Source of the DNA: Amphiscolops sp. MND2022 | Taxonomy: Eukaryota | Length of the DNA: 64,000 bases | Assembly (NCBI GenBank): GCA_964187785.1 | Contig: OZ076409.1 | Coordinates: 81,966,001-82,030,000, forward strand | Direction of reading: 5' to 3' | Position numbers and translations under genes: made by a program | Part shown: positions 40,201 to 52,200 of the stretch, one piece after another | Position numbering within the stretch: position 1 is the first letter of the stretch | How the letters are laid out: the number at the start of each line of letters is the position of its first letter | The notes under the pieces: generated by a model | The model's database searches: none | What the model was told of the DNA's origin: nothing | The model's input: the letters and a program-made list of their open reading frames with translations, nothing else

Positions 40201-43200
40201 TTCGATTTTATTTGAGCCTTAGATATAGCGCCGACTTCAGACGTTCCCGTTTTGTTGACACTAATGGTTAATGTATTCGAGTGGGAATTTTTGATATCAC
40301 AATTCGCGTATCCTTCGAAATTTTTGACTGTATCTTCTGTACAGCAGTAACTTAGATTTGAAATTCATATGCTATTTCCTTGTTTTGCTTGTTTTTCAAC
40401 TGGATAAAAGAGTATAGAAAAGAAGCTCGAAAAGTCCAGCTTTTGATCGGTAGTAGTTTTCATCAGATTGATTGGATCCCATTTTTAGAGAAGATTTCAA
40501 AATTTCAGGGAAAAGCAGGCGAAGGAGAAACTGAACAATGACCAGAAGAGACGCCTGGCTAGAGAAAAGCAGGCTAAAAATTCTTCATCCTCTCGAGGGG
40601 TCGTCACCCATGACTCTGCATGGGAGAAAGAGACAGAAATGGGACTTCCTCCTCCCGCAACTTATGTCACCAAAGTTAACCACACCCACGATCTGATGGT
40701 GAATTTTGCTGAATTCATTGCGACTGCGAGAAAACAGCTAATGATGGCTAATGATACTTTTCATCAAAATTTTTTGAATGTACCACAGAATTTTTCGCAA
40801 TAACATCCCCGAGTTTTTCCGATGAACTTATGCTACTGGATGATCACAAACGACTTAACATTGGATATTTCGGCACTGTAGGACTTTTTAAAATCAGATA
40901 GGCTTTTTCCCTTAATCAACTTCAAAATTTTGGGCTAATGAAGCTTGAATAGGGTACCTTTTGGTCTCACCCTATTGTTTGTGTTTCCAGAGACTTGCGA
41001 CTTCTGATCCAGTAGCACAGGCCGAGTTTTCTTCAACTGAAGAGTGGTTGGTCACACATGGAATAGAACAATCTGGACTTGACTTCAAAACTTTGCTTAA
41101 CGGAGGAATCGTCAGGTTAGCACCTCTTTTCTTTGGAATGATGTTTTTACGTTTCATGAAACCAGTTTCTTTTTATTTGACACTAAGCGAAGGAGTTGTT
41201 GGGAAAGTAGTTTAATTTTTCTCAGAAACTTTTCAAGAGCTATACAATTTTAAACAAGACGGGAACGTCTAAAGTCGGCGCTATATCTAAGGCTCAAAAA
41301 GCGCAAAACATTTTTTTTTGGAAAAAAACTTGAAATTTTTGAAAATTTTTTTCTTTCGAAAAATGTCGCACAGTGCCGAAAAAAAATCAAAAGGGGGGAC
41401 CCTTTAGCCTCGGTCGGTTTTGTAGCTTACGTTTAAAAAGTAAAAAACGAAAAGGGGGACCCTTTGGAGACAAAAAAAAATTTCGAAAAAAAAGTCGCAC
41501 AGTGCCGAAAAAAAAATCGAAAGGGGGGACCCTTTAGTCCCGTCCAAGTTTGTAGGTAACGTTTAAAAAGTAAAAAACGAAAGGGGGGACCCTTTGGAAT
41601 GCGTTTCCGGGGTATTCGTTTAGTTTCCTTTAGTTGAAGATTTTGAACGTTAATTTTAACGTTCGTCGTTTCGAGTCTGTCTTAAAAAAAGAAAAAAAAC
41701 GAGTGACTGTAATAGTCGGGCTTATTTATTAATAAAAGCGCCGACTAAAAATGTGTCTTGAAACACTGATAAAACATATTTATTCACAATATTTTGTGTA
41801 CTTATAAATTTTTCGGATGGTCTAATTATTTTTTTCAGTGGCGACACGGAACCTGGGAGACCAGCGAGATACATCAAGTTCGAAGCTAAGGTTGTTGACA
41901 ACTTCGAGAGAAGACTCAAAGAGTAAAAGCTTTTTCTGTTCTCCTAAAACTCAAACTCATCTATTATATTCAGCCATTTATTCACACTGACTGTTTTTTT
42001 AGAACTATCCAATTATACAACAACCGAGTTCGGTGGTTGTTGCAAGCCAGTCGACGGGTTTTCGGTGTCGTGAAAGGTCAGCGTGTGGGAATCCTGATTG
42101 ACATTTCAAATGCCAATCTCAATTTTGGTCGTCTGATTAGTTTGAAGGTAGGTCTGAATTGTTTCTAAAACAGATGTTATTCACACGAAGCTTGCTTGTA
42201 TGGTGTAATGATTGGCCTGGATTTCAGGAGGATTTGGTTGCCTTGTTCGACCAGCAGATATCCATGAAGCAGGCTGTTTCTGTGATAACAATGGGCTCAG
42301 AAGTAGAAACACTCTTCGAAGAACCAGTTGAAGTTACCTATAGAGTGTGAGTAAACAATATTAGATGGGTTACATGGATTTTTTGCAGGTTTTTTTTACA
42401 ATGCTGAAGTTTAAAACTTGAAACGTTCAAAAATCAGAATATGATTAGGGCTTCAGGAAATTCTGAAGGTCGCCGAAGGCATGAGTTCAAAATAGTATTT
42501 TTGTTTTATTTACTCTACTTCATTCTATTCGGTGAGTTTGAAACCTGGAACTGTTCCTATGACGTGGGAAAAGGCTCAATGGAAGTACGCAATTGGCGAT
42601 GCGATTGGGCTAGTTCCGACGTTGTTAACATACTCTATAACGCGACTTACATGCATGATAAGCGGTCACTTCTCCTTTTGGAAACAATAGCTGGTGTTGA
42701 CGACTACTCGTGGTATCTTTGTTAAACCGTGTTTCAGCATCGAAGAGTGCAAAGCGTACCTGGAAGAAATCAGACCTGGAGGGGGTTGTAACTTGCTCCA
42801 AGCCCTGGACATTGCATTGCGCACCCCTGGAATTGACAGTCTGTTGATTATCCAGGGTACCTGGTAAGATATCTTCCCTATGATCAATCTTCATTTCAAC
42901 CGAACTCATACAAGTTTACTTGTTGGAAAGAATCTAAACATTCATATATGATATTTAATTTAGTTCATTTCTGTGACTTTTTATCTTTGTCGACTTGTTC
43001 ACATTTTGTTCAAACTTTTCGTCACTACTTTAATTTGGCGGTTAACTGTGCTTGAACTGCTTTCTAAAAACAATTGGTTATCAAACAATCAATTCAAGTA
43101 TAGTTTTGTAAAGCCTTTTTACACAAACTAAAACAAATCTCAACATTTATTGGTGCCGCGACCCGGGAACTATCAGTTCAAAAATGTCACAGAATTTAGC

Positions 43201-46200
43201 CGACCTTAAAAAGAAGCGTGGCTATCAATTCGCATCCATCACAAGAAGTTCAAAGCAAGTTACTCCAATTTTGGAATTATCAACAAGCGATGTCACAGTT
43301 GACCATCTCACTACAGTTAAAGCAGTACTTGAAAGCATCACCGAAAAAACAAGTCTCATTAACACTCTCAACGATGAAATCATCCAACAGGCCGATGAAA
43401 ATGAAATTGAAGCTGAATTAGAGCTAATTGATAAAAAAGACTTCGAATTCAGGAAATTGAAGAAGCAATTGGAACACATCATCGATAGCTTCAACCAAAC
43501 ACAAAACGAAGGGAGTGAATCCAATCATTCAGTTGGAGTTTCATCACACTTGAAATTACCCAAACTAGATCTACCAAAGTTCGATGGCAATTATCAGAAT
43601 TGGACACCCTTCTTTGACCTTTTCAATGGATCAGTTGACTCGAACGATGGATTGCCAGAGTTTCAAAAACTCCACTATCTCAAATCAAGTTTAAAAGGTG
43701 AGCCAGCCAAACTTTTATCCCATTTACCAATCACAAGTGCAAATTACAAAGTCGCAGTGAAACTCCTGAAGGAAAGATATGAAAACAAACGCCTGATTTC
43801 ACGAGCTCATATCGATGCTATTCTCAATTTCAAGCCCTTGAATCAAGAGTCTGCAGAAGGCATTCGCAGCTTAGTCAATTGTTTTGTGGAAAACACAATG
43901 GCTTTGAACGAACTTGTAAAGGAAGAAGATCAACTCAGCTGTTTCTTAGTCAGAGTTCTATCCCAGAAATTAGACTACCCTACACGACGTCAATGGGAGC
44001 TTAATTCAACTGGAGATGAAATCCAGACAATGAATCAATTCAAAACATTTTTGGAGGCACGAGCAAATGCCCTTGAAGCGACTGGTAAGTCCACAAGAAA
44101 TTCAAATCAAGACAAAACTTCACAAGAAAAACCGGTCCAAAATTACCACAGTGGCATTCAAAGCTGTCCTCAATGCAAGGCATCTCACAAACTCTTCATG
44201 TGTGATCATTTCAAACAGCTATCTATCACAGAAAAACGAGATAAAGTCAAAATTTTGAAAGTTTGCTTCAATTGCTTACGTCTTGGTCACCAAACGAAAG
44301 ATTGCAAGTCCAAAAATACTTGTCAGAAATGTCAGAAAAAGCATCATACCATGCTCCATGATGATTCCATTCGTAAAACAAGCGAAAAGGTTCAAAGTAA
44401 CCTTTCCACGAAGTGGGGAGACAGTTTTTGTACACTTCTTCCTACCGCTATGGTCAACGTCATTTCATCGGACAACTCTATCATCTCATGCAGAGCCCTT
44501 TTGGATAGTGGTTCTCAAAGCTCTTTTATCACTGAAAGTTGCGCTCAATTACTCAACTTGAAGAGGAAAAAGCAAATGCTCCATCTAACTGGAATTGGAG
44601 ATAGAAAACAAAGAACTCCAACTGCCTCAACTCAATTTCAAATCAAATCAACTATTGATTCCAACAAAATTTTCAATGTTAGAGCATTCATCTTGCCAAG
44701 GCTAGCTTCAACCATGCCCTCTGTGCAAAATCCAGAACGGATAGTTGTACCACCTGAAGTAAGTCCTTTGGCTGACACAGATTACTTAAATCCACGTGAG
44801 ATTGATCTGATCTTAGGAGCAGATATTTTCGAAGATGTTGTATTGGATGAAAAAATCAAAACTAGCAATGGCCTATACTTTCGTAAAACTGAGTTTGGTT
44901 GGGTAGCATCAGGACAAACTTCGTCCAGAACCAATCATCCCACGCAATCCTATCATGTCACTTCAGAATTTAATTTGAAAAATTTTTGGGAACTAGAACA
45001 AATTCCGACACAATCAAAACTCACTAAAGAAGAAATCGCATGCAAAGAGCATTTCCGCGCTACCACTACTCAAGACGACAATGGCCGATTCATTGTAAAA
45101 CTGCCATTTAAGAAAGAATCTCCAAAACTAGGCGAAAGTCTTCAGCAAGCTCAAAGACGATTTTTCTCACTAGAAAAACGATTGCAATCAATGCCAAATA
45201 CCAAGACAAAATACAAAGAATTTATCCAAGAATTCCGTGACCTCGGTCATTTGGAGCTTGTTCCCAATGCTGACCTTGAAAAACCATGTGACCAAGTCTT
45301 CTATCTGCCTCATCACAGCGTAATTAAGGAAGATTCAACAACCACGAAACTACGCGTTGTGTTTGACGGATCCGCAAAGTCTCAAAGTGGAATTTCATTG
45401 AATGAGTCCCTGATGGTTGGCAGTACTATACAGCCGGATTTATTCTCAACATTAATGCGATTCCGATTCCACAGAGTCGCCATCAGTGGAGATGTGGCTA
45501 AAATGTATAGACAAGTTGGTCTAGATACAAACGATCGTGATTTTCATCGTATCTTATGGCGAGATAATCCGACCGAACCTTTACAGCACCTTCGTATGAC
45601 CCGTGTCACGTACGGAATAGCCTCCTCAGCCTTCCACGCCACCAGATGCCTCAAACAAGTTGCCGAGCTATGTGGGGAGACACTTTTTGTGTCGTCCATT
45701 CAAAACGATTTCTACGTTGATGATTTCTTAAGTGGTGCTTCTTCCACTGCTGAGGCCAAGCTTCTACTGCTCGGTGTTTCCGAAGAACTGCGGAAACATG
45801 GGTTTGAATTACGAAAGTGGACATCAAGTGATCCAGAAATCACTTTGGATCTGCCAACACATCTTCGCGAAACTGCTGAGAAAGACAAAATTTTGGATAA
45901 TGATTATCAAATAAAAACACTCGGTGTCAAATGGAAGCCCAATCTGGATGTTTTCACCTTCGAAGTCCTTCTTCTTGAATTGACTGCCTATACAAAGCGG
46001 ACATTTTTATCCGACTTGTCCAAGCTTTTTGATCCACTGGGTTGGCTCGCTCCAATCATTACCAGGTACAAGGTACTAATGCAGGAAATTTGGACGACTG
46101 GAATTCAATGGGATGAACTTCTTCCACCGCACATCCAAGATCAATGGATGACACTGCGTGAACAGCTACCAAGCCTCAATGACCTTGCTATTCCCAGATG

Positions 46201-49200
46201 TCTTTTGTCCCCTGGAAAAAAACCAAAGTTTCCAACTTCACCTTTTTACTGATGCATCTGAATCAGCATATGCCGCAGCTGTCTATTCTAGATTTGTTGA
46301 CGAAAATGGGGTTGTAACTACTCGCCTTCTAGCTTCAAAAAGTCGTATTGCCCCTATCAAGCAGATCTCGCTTCCCAGACTGGAATTATGTGCTGCCCAC
46401 CTTGGCTGCAAGTTAATAAAGATTATTGAAGAATTGCTTCATCTCACGAAATTTCAAAACTATGAAGTTTTCGCTTGGTCGGACTCTACTATTGTACTCC
46501 AGTGGATTGCTAAGCCTCTCCGAAAGTGGACCACTTTTGTTGCAAACCGTGTAGCCATCATACAAGACAGCATTTCTCCAGACAAATGGAACCATGTCCC
46601 AACCACTTCTAATCCAGCCGATCTGCCATCCAGAGGCATGTCTCCAGTCGACCTCAAAAAATCCTCTCTGTGGTGGTATGGTCCTTCGTGGTTAATGAAA
46701 CAGCATTCAGAATGGCCCAAGCTTCCCCTAGACACTACAGAACCCCCTGAAACACGAATCACAAAAGAAGTTGTTTCGAATACAGAGGCTGTAAGTTCTT
46801 TAACTGGAACTAATTTGTCATTAGATTCTATTCCGTTAATCGACATTTCTCGGTTTTCGTCACTTCGACGCCTTTTGAACACTGTGTGCTTCATTCTTCG
46901 CATCAAGCAAATATTCCTCAAAGCTCTTCACTCAGACATAAGAATATCGAAAGGTTCTTATTCATTTGCTGAAATACAAACAGCAAAATTTCTAATCGTC
47001 TCTCAACTGCAAAGAATTTACTTCATCAACGAGTTCACTGCTCTTTCCCAAAGGCGTCCCATTAATTGCAAAAGTAACCTGCTGAATCTTAATCCATTCT
47101 TTGATGAAGAATTTAAAGTCATAAGAGTCGGCGGCCGACTTGCTCAATCCTATTATTCGGAAAACAAGAAGTTTCCTGTTCTTCTTCCACCCTCTGGGCA
47201 TTTTACCATCCTCGTAATTCGTCATTTTCATGAAGGTTCCCTTCATGGTGGGGGCCAGATAACACTCAACTTAATGAGGCAAGAATATTGGTGCACGTCG
47301 GGAAAACATCAAGTAAATGCAGTAATAAAACTGTGTGTAAAATGTCAAAAATTCAATCTGAAACCGCCTTATCAAGTCATGGCAGACCTTCCAACAGAAA
47401 GGGTCACCCCTTGCAAGCCATTCAGCTATACAGGACTGGACTTTGCTGGACCAATTATCACTATTCCAGATAACAAGACATACATCGCTGTTTTCGTATG
47501 TTTCTCAGTCAAGGCAGTTCACTTAGAAATAGTCGGATCTCTGTCTAAAGAAGCTTGTCTGTCAGCCCTGAAGCGGTTCGTTTCACGGAGAGGAGTCCCA
47601 AGGCGCATTTACTCAGACAATGCCACAAACTTCATTGGTGCTCGCAATGATATCTTGAAGATTCAAGAGCTATTGAAGACGAATATGCAAGACCAACATG
47701 CAAATTCAATTACTGACTTTGGTAAAGACATTGGTTTGGAATGGGTTATGAATCCTCCTCGCACTCCACATTTTGGTGGACTGTGGGAATCTGCCATTAA
47801 GAGAATGAAACATCATCTCAGGAGAACAGTTGGCAATCAAATTCTCTCGCAAGAAGAACTCTCAACTTATGTTACAGAAATCGAAGCAATTCTAAATTCA
47901 AGACCGCTCACTCCACTTTCTACTAGCCCAAACGATTTAGAGCCTCTAACGCCGGCACACTTTCTCATTGGAGAGCCCCTGAAGACCCTTCCAACATACA
48001 AAAATGAGAAAGCACTGAACCTAACAGAAAGATAGACTCGTTAAGAATCTAATTAGATCATTTTGGAAGTCTTGGCAGAGAGACTACCTGGTGCATCTCC
48101 AAATTCGTAAAAAGTGGTTTAAAGACGGCCAAAGAATGATTGTTGGAGACATGGTAGTTATCGCAGAAGACAATCAACCACCTTTAGTTTGGAAACTTGG
48201 AAGAATCATAGAGTCATACGACGGAAATGATGAAGTTAATAGAGTTTTCAAAGTAAAAACTGCCACAGGATACCTAATACGCCCTGTAGTAAAACTCAGA
48301 AAGCTAGTACTTGACAATTCAGTCCCAAATCCTACCCTGCTGGAGTCAAATATCTCTTCTGACACTTGAAATTAGTCAATGTTTCATAATTTCCTTCGTT
48401 TGTATATAGTTTGATGCTAAAAAGTGTCTCCCCGACACATATGTTATTGCTATAAACCCTACTATAGTGCTGCTCCGTTCTGATCCGTTCACTGAAGCTG
48501 CTATATATTTTTTAATAGCCACTGTGAAGTGTACCTTTGAAAATGGAATCGATATTATACCTCTACTTATCATCTGGCACTTTAATTTATCAATAAAAAG
48601 TGTCTCCCCGCAGTACAAGTGACAGTTACCATTCCTTGCAATGCCCATTGACATGCCTCAGTATATGCTGAAAACGTCATTTTAATCTAGCATCCTAGCA
48701 TATTTACGTAAACAGAAATTTTACCTCAGTTAATCATTTCGAGTTCAATATTTTTGTTGCTTATTGGATATAAAGTGTATCCCCAAAGTCAACTTCAATG
48801 CTACGCTTACCAAATGAATTTGATGCGCCCCTACTGATATTTACGTACCTACCCTGACCTTACACTTGACCACAATGCAGTATGCAATAGCTAATTTTTA
48901 TTAAAAAATAGATTACTCACTTATTCTTGTCATCGTCTATGACCTACGTCAGTCAGATTGTGGGCACTGTTGTTGATCGCTGTTGCACGATCAAGATCTG
49001 CTCTGACATCAACAGTCACCATACAGGACGGCATTTCTTCACAGAAAGTTGCAACAGAATGGCCGCACCCTTATGGCATGTAGACTGTCTCGCCAGCCCC
49101 AAACTCACACCACAAAATCTTCTGACGTTGCGTTCTTGACAAGGCCCTCAAAAAGTTGACCGTATCAGCAATGGCAGTCTTCGACTCAAGGCTCCCGCAG

Positions 49201-52200
49201 ACCTTCCTCAGAGATGCTGACAACCGACCCATCTTGCAGAACATCCAGATCTTCCTGCCTGAAAGAAGGGTCGCGAGCATGTCGCCAGCAGTCTCCGATG
49301 CTTCAAGATCGAAGTGCCACGGTCGAAAGCTGGTTCCCCCAGTGAATAGCAAATAACTGCAAATGAAAAAATTACGTTCAATATTACTAGAATCTTTCAA
49401 GCATCAATATTCAAAGCAATCATGTGCCAATGAATTACCCGAAGTTAAGGGGACTCAGCGCATCGGGCCAATCGCATGTCACCTGACCCTGACTGATAAA
49501 GAAGTCATCCATAACATCTACCAGCAGATCGGGAGTAGACTGTCTTGGACTCGTATTCTTCTTAAAGAACTCATCAGTCAGGTCATCAAGTGTTTTCGCC
49601 GCCAGCAGTGCATCTTTGGAGGGCCCTTCGACTTTAATGGCAAAGTCTTTCACAATTGCTGGTTCTGAACGACTAAGTCGCACCTCTTCAATTGTCAGAG
49701 CTTTGACTTGCGGGAAGCCGCACAGAATCTCTCTCAGCTCCTCCAAACTTGCTAGCGGTGACTTGGCTGTCCTCCTCAGAAACATTATCAATTCTGAAAA
49801 AAAGTCAGGAGAGGAGTAATGGAAAGAATCTAAACATTCATATATGATATTTAATTTAGTTCATTTCTGTGACTTTTTATCTTTGTCGACTTGTTCACAT
49901 TTTGTTCAAACTTTTCGTCACTACTTTAATTTGGCGGTTAACTGTGCTTGAACTGCTTTCTAAAAACAATTGGTTATCAAACAATCAATTCAAGTATAGT
50001 TTTGTAAAGCCTTTTTACACAAACTAAAACAAATCTCAACACTTGTTTTGATTTTTTGTAGCCCTGATCAAACGACTGAAAAGATATGTGCCTTCATGCA
50101 GCAGAAGCTGATTGGGCGCAATCTGCTGATCCAGATGGTGTCTTATAACTGTTCCAGCACTGTGGCTATCTCTGGAATGGAAACTGTGGCTGATATTTCA
50201 TCTGGAAGAATTCACTGCTACAACGCACTTGATCCTGTTAGTGATCCAGAATAATAGAAACCCAATTTAGTTTTATAAATTTTCATTCGAACTTCCTTGA
50301 CTTGGAAAAACTTGAATCCGAATTTTTTGTGAGATCTCACGGACCAATGTTAAAGAATATTTTTTGTTATTTTTTAGTCTGAGCTTTTCTAAGAAAAGAG
50401 CCGATTATAGCATTGGTTTTTTTTTTAAAAAAAAACCAGTGAACTGACACTTTGTATAAGCACATTTGTGTAAGTTCTTGGTAACTTGTAACTTCTAACT
50501 GTCACTTGGCACAGAGGTTACCTCGGGTTTTCTGAGGCCTGAGAAACAGAGTGCGTGGTTTCGAGCCTTTCACTGAACCAGTTTTTTTAATGCTTGCTTT
50601 TTCTATGCAAGTTTTTTTCAATCGAAGTGCTCTCGTTTGATTTTTAGCAGAAACAGCGTTTGCAAGGGGCAAGCATAGAGGGCCATCTTAGGTTTTTCGG
50701 CACAATGCGATTTACCGAAGAATTTAAAAAATTCTGAAAAAAAATTTTGAAAATTTTTTTTCAGTTGTGAAAAAAGCCTTTCTTAATCTCACGGGTGTTC
50801 CTTCGGGTATTTTCCAGCACTGTAAATTTGATAACATTCTCACAATAGTGACGTTTTGCATATTAAAAAAACTTAGTTTTTGTGAATCTTCCATGGTGCC
50901 GACTTGGTCCGTTCCCGGCTTGTTTGACCCTGAATTTGCTAATTTTAGTTGAAAAGTCGAAGGAATCAATGAAAATGTATCAGGTTCATAATACTTTTTT
51001 CCAATTGCAAATTTATTTGTTTGTAGAAGCAAGCATATGCTAGCACTGATATCCGGCTACTGCTGGCTGAGCTGGAAAAAGGCCGAGATGTGTTGACCAA
51101 GATCCAGCAGATGCGCCAGGGAATGATCGGAGATGCCTTGATCAACATTGTGCAAGAGGTACGTGTTTGATGCCTAAAATTTTCATCCACTAGAAAAACG
51201 AAAAAAAATGAGCCACTTCAAAACTTAACGCTTGTAGCTTTATCGATATCATATGACTGCTGTCTTCAATGTTTTGTTGAATTTTTCCCGAAAAATTTGA
51301 GGTATTGTTTCAGATCAACACCGAAGTTTCAAAGATGCCCGCCTCACAATTCCTGCCCCGTCCTCCAAATCACACAGGGCCCCTGGAAATTTTCGAACAG
51401 TCCTTTGCTCCCAAGACCACTCTCGAGTGGCTCTCACAGAATGGCCTCAAAGGTTGATCTCATAGGAATACATAACAAGACGGGAACGTCTCAAGTAGGC
51501 GCCCGCCTAAGGCTCAAAAGTTTTTGAAATATGCACAGAGCGTTTTGAGTAAAATCTCAAATATAGGACTACCGAAAAACTCAAAAGGAGACTTTCGTGC
51601 TTGGAAAACGCTTTTCTTTAACCGAAAACGAAAAGCAAAATCGGGAAACCATTTTTTAAAAATTTTGTTTAGAAATAAAAATTCTACAGTGCCGAAAAAC
51701 CTGAAAGGGACCCTTTATGCTCTTGAAACGTATTGCCCTAGCTGAAACCAAAATAATTGTAGGGGAAGGGACCCATTCGGTGAAAAATTGAAAATTAAAA
51801 AAAGTCGCTTATTGCCGAAAAACCCCAAGGGGCATCCTTTGGTCTCAAATAGTTTCGAGGATACGGTAAATACTATTAAAAAAACTCAAATTGGATTTCC
51901 CTTTAGCCTCCTTGGGCTCCTTGGATACCATTTAGAACTTATGCTTGTAAAAAGTGGACCATTCAGTGTGAGGTCGGTGGTCTTACAAAAAAAAACTTGC
52001 CTATGTAAGAGTCGGACAATTTTTGTTACAAAAAGCGCCTACTAAAATTGTTGGTGCGAAAATGGTTTTTGAGAAACACTTGAGTATGAAAATCTGTTTG
52101 CAATTGGAAATTGAAGAGAAATCCTTATAGTTTTTCTTTCAACTTCTGCTTTCGTGGATTCATCCCACTTTAGTTTGCTGCAAACAAAAATGCTACCTCG

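Larger units (their letters stand above)
42924..50041 (+). mobile_element. Full-length BEL/Pao LTR retrotransposon inserted in a VWA3A intron
   Basis: 222-bp LTRs (TGGAAAG...CTCAACA), 5-bp TSD CTTGT (42919-42923, 50042-50046), PBS, PPT, and a BEL-type gag-PR-RT-RH-IN order. Confidence 0.97.

Noticed and set aside
46210..46225. Programmed ribosomal frameshift at GGAAAAAAAC
   Set aside because: It would need a +1 shift between RT and RNase H, where BEL/Pao elements have a continuous frame; a homopolymer insertion is simpler.
48927..49819. Plus-strand ORFs as an env gene of the BEL element
   Set aside because: They are short, lack signal or transmembrane features, and are shadows of the minus-strand JmjC frame.
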